Source: a virus. Taken from it: 64,000 bases of DNA. The stretch spans positions 4,771 to 68,770 of the IMG/VR virus record IMGVR_UViG_3300005613_000051, one strand, 5' to 3'. Shown piece by piece: positions 20,349-30,322 of the stretch (position 1 is the stretch's first letter; each line of letters begins with the position of its first letter). Below the pieces are notes generated by a model. That model saw only the letters and a list, made by a program, of their open reading frames with translations. It was not told the DNA's origin and made no database searches. Both the position numbers and the translations under genes were made by a program.

Positions 20349-22697
20349 ATGTTATATAAAGCAACCCATAAACAAAAAAAGATAATTAAACTTGCTCCTG
20401 ATGCTTTAGTGCGAATTAATGGTAGTTCAAGAGTGACTATCTGCCCCAACCCGGATTGTCAAGCTTCCATAAATTTATCAAAATATATAACCAATATTTC
20501 TTCTAGCTTAGCAAATAATACTACAATAGGTAATGCTCAGTTTAATATAGCTATGCCACGGCATGGAGATGATGGAATATATATGGTACGAGGAGGCAAG
20601 GTACATGGCATATATCTGATGGATGAAGTTGAGATTTTTATAAAAGGTAGATTTTTAAGTTTAGATAATAAATATAAATATCATAAAGTTTTTTGGGGAG
20701 TAATAAGCAATATCAGTGAATCCTATAGTGGTGGTGTTCAAAATATCTCAGTTAGTTGTGAATCAATGTTAAAATGGCTTCAATTAATGAAAACTAATGA
20801 AAATCCCGCAATCTTAGCTTATGAAGATACTACCTCTCGAATAGGAGTAGAATCTCAATTAATTACGGGTAAGGTTTATGCTAATAAAAATCCATATGAA
20901 ATAATATATTCTTTAGTAAAACTCTCCGCAGGGAACATGGTAATTCCGACGGGTTTAGATTCCGAGACCCAATCCATAAATGAAGGACTATCTAAAGAAC
21001 AGAGATCCCTTATTCCTGTAGGAAACGGAGCTATTATAGGTGCTCAAGATATACAACTTTTAAATAAATGGAGAGATAAATTTGCTAGTATTAAAAGTTC
21101 TTTGAAGATGTTTGGTACATCAGAAGAATCTTTTATAGATAATAATGATGCTAAACAAACGGAAGCAAGTACAAAAGAAAAATCAGTAAATGCTGGAGGT
21201 AAAACAAGAAATACTCCTATTCAAATATTTTATAATTCTAGAGCTTTGATGGATTTTAAACCATTTTTTAAACCAGAAAATGCAGGAGAAATTGATCCAT
21301 TTAAGAGTACCTATAAAAATAACTTAGAAATTGCAAGTGAAGTTAAACTTATGACAGGTTTTGAATTTTATTTAGATACCACAGGAGATATTATTTTTAA
21401 ACCTCCGTTTTGGAATGTAGATACAAGAAAAAATCCTGTTTTTGTTATAAAGGATGAAGATATTGTAAGCTGGGATTTTCAAGAATCTGACGAGACTATT
21501 GTTACTCGAATGGAAATCACAGGTAGCTTTGATCAATGGCTCAACCCCGATAGTGATTTAGTACCCAGAGGTATTTTTACTAATTATAATTTAGCTAGAC
21601 AATTTGGGATGAGAACTGAACAACAAAGTATGAGATTCTTCACAACTTCAGCTATGTGTTATTATTATGCAATAAATGAGATGGATCGAATAAATTCAGG
21701 AAGATATAAAGCATCTCTTACTATAATTGGTAGACCTGAATTGAGATTAGGATTACCTGTATATATTGAAAGTAGAGATATCTTTGGATACCTTGACAAT
21801 ATTAGTCATAACTTTACTTTTGGAGGACCTTACCAAACACAAATACATATTTCTGCTATACGTAAAAAGTATTTAGGAGAAGACCCTATGTTAGGAGGTT
21901 TTGAATTTGAGAAACAGAAAGATTCTTTTATGGCTTATAAGTATAAAGGGGATCCTGTTATGCTTGTATACCAAGATGCCTCAGATAAAAGTAATGAATT
22001 TATTAGAAGTATTAATCCGAAGTATAGGAATCAGAATAAGACAATAGCAGAAACACAATCCAAACAAGCTACCGTTGCTGCTGAAAAACTTCAAGAACAT
22101 AGTCGGGATCTTCTTAGAACAAATAGAGCAGGTATTTATAAAGAAGTTTCCTTAAGAAGTGATGAAGCTCAAAAAATATTAAAAGAATTTGATTTCGCAA
22201 AAGAAAAAGAAAATAAGGATTCTTATTTAGATTTTTTACAAAAAGCTATACCTGTTTCTGATGAAGAAGGCTATGAATTAATTGGTATATTTGAAAACGG
22301 AAGATCCTTATATCTAGATGATGATGGTATTTTAAAAAAGAAAGGTAGAAGTTTTTCAGAAATATTAAGTAATACCTTAAATAAAGTTACAAATAAAAAA
22401 CAAACTTTTGATGCTCCAACCTTAACCACTGTCAAGATAAAGAATGATCCTACAGATAATGCTAATTATCTCCAATCATATTTTGATACTCCAGATGAAA
22501 CAACCAATACTGCAAAAGAAATAAAAAATTATTATGCAGATAAATCTTTAGAATTAGCAAAATTAAATCCTAAAATGGATAGAACTAGAAAAGAAGGATG
22601 TTCTTGTTATGATAGTGCTATAACAGGAGTATCATTAAGAGATACTGTTTCTTCTGGAAACAAACAAAGAATTATAGCAAAAGTTAATACTAAATAA
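20349..22697 (+). CDS. baseplate hub protein (gp27/gpD-like)
   Basis: FEFYLDTTGDIIFKPPFW and TIIGRPELRLG.P...Y...ISH.F motifs, plus its position before the spike. Confidence 0.7.
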   Translation: MLYKATHKQKKIIKLAPDALVRINGSSRVTICPNPDCQASINLSKYITNISSSLANNTTIGNAQFNIAMPRHGDDGIYMVRGGKVHGIYLMDEVEIFIKGRFLSLDNKYKYHKVFWGVISNISESYSGGVQNISVSCESMLKWLQLMKTNENPAILAYEDTTSRIGVESQLITGKVYANKNPYEIIYSLVKLSAGNMVIPTGLDSETQSINEGLSKEQRSLIPVGNGAIIGAQDIQLLNKWRDKFASIKSSLKMFGTSEESFIDNNDAKQTEASTKEKSVNAGGKTRNTPIQIFYNSRALMDFKPFFKPENAGEIDPFKSTYKNNLEIASEVKLMTGFEFYLDTTGDIIFKPPFWNVDTRKNPVFVIKDEDIVSWDFQESDETIVTRMEITGSFDQWLNPDSDLVPRGIFTNYNLARQFGMRTEQQSMRFFTTSAMCYYYAINEMDRINSGRYKASLTIIGRPELRLGLPVYIESRDIFGYLDNISHNFTFGGPYQTQIHISAIRKKYLGEDPMLGGFEFEKQKDSFMAYKYKGDPVMLVYQDASDKSNEFIRSINPKYRNQNKTIAETQSKQATVAAEKLQEHSRDLLRTNRAGIYKEVSLRSDEAQKILKEFDFAKEKENKDSYLDFLQKAIPVSDEEGYELIGIFENGRSLYLDDDGILKKKGRSFSEILSNTLNKVTNKKQTFDAPTLTTVKIKNDPTDNANYLQSYFDTPDETTNTAKEIKNYYADKSLELAKLNPKMDRTRKEGCSCYDSAITGVSLRDTVSSGNKQRIIAKVNTK

Positions 22698-22709
22698 GGA
22701 ATAAGAGAG

Positions 22710-24773
22710 ATGAGTGGATACTATGACGTAATACATAAGGGACATAAAAACCACGCAAACAGGTCAATAAATTCTAATAATGAGGGACAGTTTCTTAGAT
22801 TAGCTAAGATTACTCGTGTAGACTATGAAAAATTTGTCGTTGACTTAACATATATAGATTCTATAGGTAGTTACCCAAGTGTAGGTATCTCTGCTGCTTA
22901 TGGTGGGTATCGTTCTTTTTTAGGTGCAATGCCTAGAGCAGGTGACTGGGTTATTGTAGGATATGCACGATCAGGATCTTTTACAGAACCCGTAATTATA
23001 CAGTTCCTACCAAGAGGATATTCTCAAGGTCTAGCAAATGATATAGTAGGTTCTCCTAAATATCATGAAGAACAAGGTATATATAAACCCCTTAGATTTA
23101 AGATGAAAAAAATTTATGAAGGAGAGATATATGGCAGTTCTTCTTATGGTAGCGAAATTTATCTTGATAAAAGTGTTAGTATCTCCAACAGTAAGTTAAA
23201 TGAAATTATTCTAAAATCTTCTGATCAATCCTTAAATATAACTGCTCTAAATGCCTACCTATCTTATTGTGGTGTGAGAACAACCACAGGATTAATTCAT
23301 AGAAATGCTCTTATAAATGATCCTGAATTTATAAGTATAGGAGGAGATAGCCAATTTCCAACATATATTAATGAAGACGGAAATCCTTGTTATACAGTAC
23401 CCTATACAGGAACTATAAACTCCTCCGCACCATATGGTAGTGAAACAATTGATATGGGTCGTCAGGGTTTTATAGAACATAGAACTGAAGTAAAAGAATT
23501 AGAATATCCCCTGATAAGTGTAACTGAAGCTAATAGTGGTGTAGATATAGATAGTCTTTATAAATTAAAATCTGATGGTAAAGAATCAAATCAACCCTTG
23601 GTAATTCAAGTTTTAGGTACTCTCGTAGGTAATGACCCTATAGGAAATGCTGGAAAGAAAAAATATGGCAAAATTTTAAAACCTACTCTTTTTAAGGATA
23701 ATGTTAATTTAATTGGATCAGAAATAAGAGAAGATGCTTGTATAAGTGATAATGGTATTAACGAAGCTATCTCCTTAGCAGCAGCTTATACCCTTAAATT
23801 TCCTAATTCTGGAACGGGTTTTTACGTAAATAAACAAGGTAAATATTTTGCTAATATTGGAGCTTCAACTTCAGTAGATCCTGCTGGTCCCGGAGAGTCT
23901 GTTGAAATTAATACCATGGGTCATAGCAAATTATACTTTGGAGCAAATCAACGATTTAATAGATCTTTAACAGTGGGAACTCGTGGGGGTATAAAAACTT
24001 CTTTTGGTTCTGACAACGATAAACTTAGATCGTGGGAAGCTACCTTTAAGAAAGGAATTTACTGGAATATCCTATCTGGGGATAAGGATGGCTTAGCTTT
24101 ATTTCATAAAATTAAAGGGGATGTTCGCTATGAAATATCGGGTAATCGTCATACCGTAGTCACAGGTAACGATATCCGACTTGTACATGGAATCCTAGAG
24201 GATAGAGTATTTGGTAAAAAAGTAGATAATTTTGTTCAAGATAAAGCAACCAATTATGGTGGAGCTTATGCTGAAACATCTGTAGGGCATTTCTCCCAAA
24301 CATTAGCTTCTGGACAATCTAAGACTATTGCAGCTCCAGATGTTGCTGCAGGAGATACTGTAGCAGAGAAAACCGATGTTCTTTTAGGAGATGTGATCCA
24401 TAGTATGCTTTTGGGGAATAAAACCGAAGATATAAAAGTAGGTAATTATGATACCAGTATGCTAGCAGGAAATAGAACTATAGATATTAAAGTAGGTAAT
24501 TATACCTTAAGTATAGGTCTTGGTAATATTGAGATCAAAACAATGCTGGGATCTATTGATATAAAAACTACTACAGGTAATGTGACGATTAGTGGGACTT
24601 TAGGTGTGAAAGTCAAAAGTGCAGTTAAGGTGGATATTGAAGCTCCTCAAGTTAAAATAGGAGGACTTCCTATGCAGGGAGGAGTTGTCAATGATGGACC
24701 AGCCGGTCATAAGTGTTACATAACGGGAGGTCCCCACTTAGGATCTAAAACTGTTACCTGCAATAACATGTAG
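22710..24773 (+). CDS. baseplate central spike (gp5/gpV-like)
   Basis: N-terminal OB-fold (GAMPRAGDWVIVGY), C-terminal GN/GD beta-helix repeats, and a His/Cys tip GHKCYITGGPH. Confidence 0.75.
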   Translation: MSGYYDVIHKGHKNHANRSINSNNEGQFLRLAKITRVDYEKFVVDLTYIDSIGSYPSVGISAAYGGYRSFLGAMPRAGDWVIVGYARSGSFTEPVIIQFLPRGYSQGLANDIVGSPKYHEEQGIYKPLRFKMKKIYEGEIYGSSSYGSEIYLDKSVSISNSKLNEIILKSSDQSLNITALNAYLSYCGVRTTTGLIHRNALINDPEFISIGGDSQFPTYINEDGNPCYTVPYTGTINSSAPYGSETIDMGRQGFIEHRTEVKELEYPLISVTEANSGVDIDSLYKLKSDGKESNQPLVIQVLGTLVGNDPIGNAGKKKYGKILKPTLFKDNVNLIGSEIREDACISDNGINEAISLAAAYTLKFPNSGTGFYVNKQGKYFANIGASTSVDPAGPGESVEINTMGHSKLYFGANQRFNRSLTVGTRGGIKTSFGSDNDKLRSWEATFKKGIYWNILSGDKDGLALFHKIKGDVRYEISGNRHTVVTGNDIRLVHGILEDRVFGKKVDNFVQDKATNYGGAYAETSVGHFSQTLASGQSKTIAAPDVAAGDTVAEKTDVLLGDVIHSMLLGNKTEDIKVGNYDTSMLAGNRTIDIKVGNYTLSIGLGNIEIKTMLGSIDIKTTTGNVTISGTLGVKVKSAVKVDIEAPQVKIGGLPMQGGVVNDGPAGHKCYITGGPHLGSKTVTCNNM

Positions 24774-24824
24774 GTAATTAAGAAGTAATATTACAATAAA
24801 TTATCATAAAACAGTAAAATAAAT

Positions 24825-25433
24825 ATGGCTTTAAATGGTGGACAATTAGGAAAATTAATCTTAGCTCAGTGTTCTGCAAAAGGAATTGTTGGTACTGAAA
24901 TGCCAAAATTTAGTGCAGCAATGGGTGAAGGTATTGTTGAATCATTTAAAGAAATGAATAAGGTACAGACAATTGATGTTGGGGTGATGACTTCAGGAAA
25001 AGGTAAGGGAAAAATGATAGGAATTATTCCTGATGTACTTGTTCAAATTACTATCCCCCTATTAATGGCTCAAGGTGTCTTAGGCACTAGAATGAAAGAT
25101 ATCGCTGAAGGGGTTTGTTTTGCTTGTGCTCTTCATTTTAATACAATGAGTGAAGTAGAGACATCCCACAGTACTGTTGCTTTAGGATCTGGTACAGGAA
25201 AAGTTTTAGGTTTGACTCCTGCTAAGATGGAAAAAAAAGTAATGGAGAAGATGAAAGCACAGAATTATGATGGAACAATGTTAAAACCTCTTGTGAAGGC
25301 TTTTTCTACAGGATTCTGTCTCAATGTTATGGCAACAGGTATAGTGAATGTAGTTATAACAGGTGCTCCATCTCCTCTGATTTTAGGTGTTCCTGTTCCA
25401 TCAGGTGGTTCTGGAAAAGGCAAAGTGAAATAA
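24825..25433 (+). CDS. spike-associated hypothetical protein
   Basis: Gly/Met-rich, two internal repeats ending in G.G.G, follows the spike gene. Confidence 0.55.
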   Translation: MALNGGQLGKLILAQCSAKGIVGTEMPKFSAAMGEGIVESFKEMNKVQTIDVGVMTSGKGKGKMIGIIPDVLVQITIPLLMAQGVLGTRMKDIAEGVCFACALHFNTMSEVETSHSTVALGSGTGKVLGLTPAKMEKKVMEKMKAQNYDGTMLKPLVKAFSTGFCLNVMATGIVNVVITGAPSPLILGVPVPSGGSGKGKVK

Positions 25434-25445
25434 AGGACAATAATT

Positions 25446-28400
25446 ATGCCTATGAATTTAGGATTCTTTTTTATAAGAAAACCAAGAGTTAGTCAGTATA
25501 ACGCAGTATCTACCCTACCCCCCACTTCTCAAGGTACTTTTGCATTAGAGCAATGTTTTAAAGTATCCTATACTGGAGCTGGAGCTTCTTCTGTTTTATT
25601 ATCTATTACTGGTAAAAAATTTCTAACTCTTGTTAATGAAACTATGGATCATGCAGATAATTTGATCATAGATGTAATTGGAAGAACTATTCAAGAATTA
25701 GTAGATGAAATAAATAATAATTCTAATTATACTGCAACCATACTAACCTCAACTAAAGAAGATTTATGTTTATTAGAAGGAACAGTTCGAACAAACATAA
25801 ATAATACCTTATACACCGTGTATTATAATAGAGAAATAGAGTATATGATAGATACCTCTGTAGAAGGTAAACTAGGAAACTGTTCAATTTCCTATAAAGA
25901 AGAAGATTTTATATTTAGTGGAGAGAACAGCAAATGGATGATTGATGAGGGATTCACTTATGATGCTCTTGATGTTCCTATTCCTGTGAATGGTTTAGTG
26001 AATTTAGGTAATTTAGGAGTACAAATAAAGTTTTTTCCAGCTATAGATGCTACGGATAATGACTTAAATAGAATAGTTACTTTTAATGATTTAGAACTTG
26101 TCCAATCTTTAGATTCTCCTATATCTGAAGCTACTTTTTCTGCTGCACCGCTACTTATACCTGATACCCTTGAATTAAAAATAAATCAACAAATTAAAGA
26201 GGAAGGAATAGATTATATAGTAGATTATGGTGTTCCTGCAGAACTTAGAACTGTAAATTCATCCCCATATATTTTTGATAATACCAACAATATTTTTAAA
26301 ATAAGACATAATAGTTTGCCAATACAAGAATTTGTTATTCCAATAGGAAGCATTACAGCAGAAGATTTAGCAGATTTTATTAATCAAGAGGCTCTTGGAT
26401 TTACAGCATATTCTTACTTGGATGTAGAAACTAGACTTGAATATTTTTCTGTTAAAGCAGATAGAGGGACTTTTTATCATCAAATAAAAATAGAGGATGG
26501 CACTGCTAATTCAGTTCTGGGGTACACTGATCAACTTGCATCAAAAGGGGAAGCAAACGGTAAGTTATTATTTATGACACATATCCCCTCAGAGGATATT
26601 ACTCCTTCTGAAAGAATAAGTACTCTAGCTGTTAATGCTATTGCTTCTGCTACAGATAATCCTTTTTTAGGTATTTATACGGATAATTTTAAATTACAAG
26701 AAAATGGACAAGAGTTAGAAAAGGATAAGGATTTTCTTGTTACAGATAATGGGAATATTCAACTAGTAGCAAAAATAGAAGAAGAAAATTTATTAAGTGG
26801 AGTTTTAACTGAAGATAATAATTTATTCCCAGATAGTTTTAATGTTTACGATAATGGTGAAAAATTAATTTTAAATACAGATTATAAAATCAATCCCCAA
26901 GGGGGTTGGATTACTCTAGCAACTTCTGCTTTTCCAGGACATGTGTACACTGCTGATTATTCACATAAGACACAAGGACTTATTAAAGGAGAAGTTATTT
27001 TAGGAGAAAAAGCTTTTTTAGAAGGTACTCGTAATGCTCCCTATTCTATTTCTTTAAATCAGTCTACTTTTAAGGTATCTATAAATAATAATTCTGCACA
27101 ATCCTTTGATTTTCCTCAAGGAAATGGAATTATTCTAGAAGATGTTATTTCAATTATCAACTCTTCAGCAACAGGGTTTGAAGCATACTCCTCTAATAAC
27201 AAGCTTGCTGTAAGAACATTACTCTCTGGACCAGAAGTTTCTATAACTATATTAGATGGATCTTTTAATTCTATTGCGGGGTTTGAAGATTACACAAGTG
27301 TTACTGGATCAGGAGCAAAAGGTGGAGAGCAAGCTTTAGAAGTAACTCATAGTCCTATGGAAATAAAAGGATTTTCGGCTCCTGCAGGAGGAGATACTAT
27401 CATTATAAAAAATAATGATATTACTAATAGATATTCTCCTGGTACTATTATAAAACTTTTAAATGATTATTATCAAGTTAGAGATACTTACTTAGAAAAT
27501 AGAGCTAATATAATCAATTCCGTTTCAGAACCCTATACCTTAATTGAAACTTCCAATACTACTTTTAAATTCACTATAGATGATAATGAAGAGACCACAG
27601 TAACTTTTTCACCAGGAAAAGAAATAGGAGTAGATTTACTTATTGATCAAATTAATAGAGTACATCCAAATGCTTCAAAAGCAATGTTTATTAATGGAAT
27701 GAAACGTATTCAATTATTAGGGGAAGTCTATGTTAAAATAGGTAATGGTAATGCTAACAGAACATTAGGATTTGAAAATAATTCAGAAGATACTGATACT
27801 CCTGATACTTTTTTATTCACTACAAGTGTTTTTAAAACAATATATATTAATCCCAAGATGTACACTACTGTTAATCCTGTAGTATTTGTAGATGAAGTAT
27901 TATTCAAAAAAGAAGTACCTCAAAATACAAATGAAATTACATTTTATGGTGATGCTACTCCCACTTATCAAAGTAACATAGTTCTTAGATTGGATAACAA
28001 ATATTTTTATACAGTTAAAAGTTCTAGTTATGATGTTGATAACAATGAAACCCTTGTAACCCTTACATCAAAAATTGATATTCCTATTTTTAAAGATACT
28101 GTTATAGCTTATACTGAAAATCCAATTTTATTTGAAGGAGATAATAAATTAAAAACAAATTTATTTCCTGTTCTTTCTGAACCCTTTACACTTTATAAAA
28201 ATAATAATCTTTTAACTTTTGAAGAAGATTACGAAATATCTGATATGGGAGGTATAGAACTTACTAAAGGTTTAGTAAATGGTGATAAGTTCTATATAAA
28301 TTATTTTGGCAAACGATATATAGATGCAGGTACTTCAGTTATTGCTGATTATACTTATTTTGATTTTTTAAGAATAGGTTCTAATATTAAAATAAGTTTT

Positions 28401-29894
28401 CAAGCAGATAATCCAGATAATTTTTATCTAAATGTTATCCATGCTTCTACTCTGATGAATTCTTTTCAAAAAGAAGCTATAGATAAGATACAACAAACTT
28501 CCAATTCTAGTTCAACGGGATTTCCTACTGGAGAAATTCCAGTAACTAATAATGCTGAAAGTGGTAATGGTTCTTTTGAATATGATCTAGGAGATTATGA
28601 TGATAAAATTGTCTTGACACTTACTTGGTTTAACTTTTTTGATAATAGAATTAAATATTTTGAAGAAGAAAAACGTTTATTAAAAGGATTTAGAATTGGT
28701 GCAGAAGATGGTAGATTGACTCAAAGTCAAATTGAAGATTCAGCTAATAATCCTCCGACTAGATTATTTCCTTCTCCGGATAATAGACCTGAAGAAGAAA
28801 GAGCAGAACCTCTTCTCTTACCTTGTCTATTTGGTGAAAATAAAAATGATGAGGGTATTGATTCTATGGGTTGGTTTTCTGATCATATCCTTAAGGTACT
28901 TAATGATGAACTTACAAAGATTAATGAAGAAAAAACAAAATTAAATCAGTTATTAGGTAAGAGTACTACCTCTGGATCTACAGCTAGTACTGGAAGTTTT
29001 GATATATATGGTTCTGAACAGATGCAGTTGTATGTTGAAAGAAATTCAGGTGGAACTTTAATTCAAAATAACTATACAATTACTTTTACTGAAAAATTCA
29101 ACACTTTTCCTCTTGTAGTACATCGACCAAATTCTGCTGCTGAAATTGCTAGTGATATTAATACTCAAACTGGATTAAGCATAGCTTCTAGTTCAGGAAG
29201 TACTGTCTATCTTAATTCTAATGCCTCTACTCCCTGTGTATATGTTATATCAGATGCTTCTAGTGTGGGATTTGGAAATGATTCTGATGCCTCAGTAAGA
29301 AGTAGAAGTCCTTGGTGGACTGGAGGATATTCCTACTCTTTAGTAGTTCCTGGAAGTTACTCTGTACACTTAGATATCTTAGAGGAAAATTCAATAAGAA
29401 CTGATAATAATAATAGACACAATGAACAAATTCAACAATTGAATGGTATAATGGAAGAATGGGTACCCCCTTTAGATACGGCTTTTAATCCAGCTAAAAC
29501 AGAAAAAGATAATTCTCAAAATTGGATTAATACATCTAACAGTTTTACGACAAATAGTAATACCTTTGATAATTTAAAATCTATTTCAGGGGGACATCTT
29601 TTTGATTCAATAGACGATCCTTCTATACTTAATAGTAGAATAGCAGAAATAGATACTAGGATAAGCACTCTTAATACTAGAATAAGTAATGTACACACAA
29701 GATATTCTGAAATAGATGCTACTCTTTTAAACGAACAATTATTTGATCAAAGATACGCTTGGTTAATCATACTCACACATCGAAATAATGGTTATTATGC
29801 TGATAGAAAAAGAGCAATTGATACCCATAACCAAAATATAAGAGAAGCTGAAAATAGTTCGACTGTTTTAAGTTCAATGAGTATGTTTGGATAA
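25446..29894 (+). CDS. large baseplate or tail structural protein
   Basis: 1482 aa with recurring 'T..E....IN...G.AN..LG' and 'L....DY.I....G.I' modules and a C-terminal coiled coil. Confidence 0.65.
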   Translation: MPMNLGFFFIRKPRVSQYNAVSTLPPTSQGTFALEQCFKVSYTGAGASSVLLSITGKKFLTLVNETMDHADNLIIDVIGRTIQELVDEINNNSNYTATILTSTKEDLCLLEGTVRTNINNTLYTVYYNREIEYMIDTSVEGKLGNCSISYKEEDFIFSGENSKWMIDEGFTYDALDVPIPVNGLVNLGNLGVQIKFFPAIDATDNDLNRIVTFNDLELVQSLDSPISEATFSAAPLLIPDTLELKINQQIKEEGIDYIVDYGVPAELRTVNSSPYIFDNTNNIFKIRHNSLPIQEFVIPIGSITAEDLADFINQEALGFTAYSYLDVETRLEYFSVKADRGTFYHQIKIEDGTANSVLGYTDQLASKGEANGKLLFMTHIPSEDITPSERISTLAVNAIASATDNPFLGIYTDNFKLQENGQELEKDKDFLVTDNGNIQLVAKIEEENLLSGVLTEDNNLFPDSFNVYDNGEKLILNTDYKINPQGGWITLATSAFPGHVYTADYSHKTQGLIKGEVILGEKAFLEGTRNAPYSISLNQSTFKVSINNNSAQSFDFPQGNGIILEDVISIINSSATGFEAYSSNNKLAVRTLLSGPEVSITILDGSFNSIAGFEDYTSVTGSGAKGGEQALEVTHSPMEIKGFSAPAGGDTIIIKNNDITNRYSPGTIIKLLNDYYQVRDTYLENRANIINSVSEPYTLIETSNTTFKFTIDDNEETTVTFSPGKEIGVDLLIDQINRVHPNASKAMFINGMKRIQLLGEVYVKIGNGNANRTLGFENNSEDTDTPDTFLFTTSVFKTIYINPKMYTTVNPVVFVDEVLFKKEVPQNTNEITFYGDATPTYQSNIVLRLDNKYFYTVKSSSYDVDNNETLVTLTSKIDIPIFKDTVIAYTENPILFEGDNKLKTNLFPVLSEPFTLYKNNNLLTFEEDYEISDMGGIELTKGLVNGDKFYINYFGKRYIDAGTSVIADYTYFDFLRIGSNIKISFQADNPDNFYLNVIHASTLMNSFQKEAIDKIQQTSNSSSTGFPTGEIPVTNNAESGNGSFEYDLGDYDDKIVLTLTWFNFFDNRIKYFEEEKRLLKGFRIGAEDGRLTQSQIEDSANNPPTRLFPSPDNRPEEERAEPLLLPCLFGENKNDEGIDSMGWFSDHILKVLNDELTKINEEKTKLNQLLGKSTTSGSTASTGSFDIYGSEQMQLYVERNSGGTLIQNNYTITFTEKFNTFPLVVHRPNSAAEIASDINTQTGLSIASSSGSTVYLNSNASTPCVYVISDASSVGFGNDSDASVRSRSPWWTGGYSYSLVVPGSYSVHLDILEENSIRTDNNNRHNEQIQQLNGIMEEWVPPLDTAFNPAKTEKDNSQNWINTSNSFTTNSNTFDNLKSISGGHLFDSIDDPSILNSRIAEIDTRISTLNTRISNVHTRYSEIDATLLNEQLFDQRYAWLIILTHRNNGYYADRKRAIDTHNQNIREAENSSTVLSSMSMFG

Positions 29895-29991
29895 TTATTA
29901 TGAATTTAAGTTTTAGGAACACCCCTAGTAAACTACTAATAGACTCTAAAGATGAGAGAGAAAAATTACATAAAGTAGGAGGTTTCTTAAG

Positions 29992-30138
29992 ATGCATAAA
30001 CCCAAAAAGAAATGCAATCACTCCAAGATTACTGAAACATGGAAAAATAGAAGAAGATGTAAACTTCGAGGAATTCCTAAGTTAATCCTGGAGAAGGAGA
30101 AGAGATATGAATCAAGAAAAGAAACCTCAAAATCTTAA
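29992..30138 (+). CDS. small highly basic protein (48 aa)
   Basis: Not in the track. AGGAGG at 29977-29982, then MHKPKKKCNHSKITETWKNRRRCKLRGIPKLILEKEKRYESRKETSKS. Confidence 0.55.
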   Translation: MHKPKKKCNHSKITETWKNRRRCKLRGIPKLILEKEKRYESRKETSKS

Positions 30139-30322
30139 TATAAACGAAAAAAAAGATACTCCTCTCAAATGGGAAAGGAAAGTTAGAAGTAAAGGTGTTT
30201 TTGATCTAATACAACCTATACTAGGTAATTTTGTTTTATTAATTGAAGAAGAAAGAAAAAGAACTATAGAAAAAATGGAAAGAGCTAAAAAAGTTTTAGA
30301 GAGGATGAAAAACAATAGATGA
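30107..30322 (+). CDS. hypothetical protein
   Basis: AAGGAG RBS; ATGA overlap with the next gene. Confidence 0.65.
   Translation: MNQEKKPQNLNINEKKDTPLKWERKVRSKGVFDLIQPILGNFVLLIEEERKRTIEKMERAKKVLERMKNNR

Noticed and set aside
29900-30085. Track ORF of 61 aa
   Set aside because: No RBS; the overlapping frame 29992..30138 has a perfect AGGAGG.
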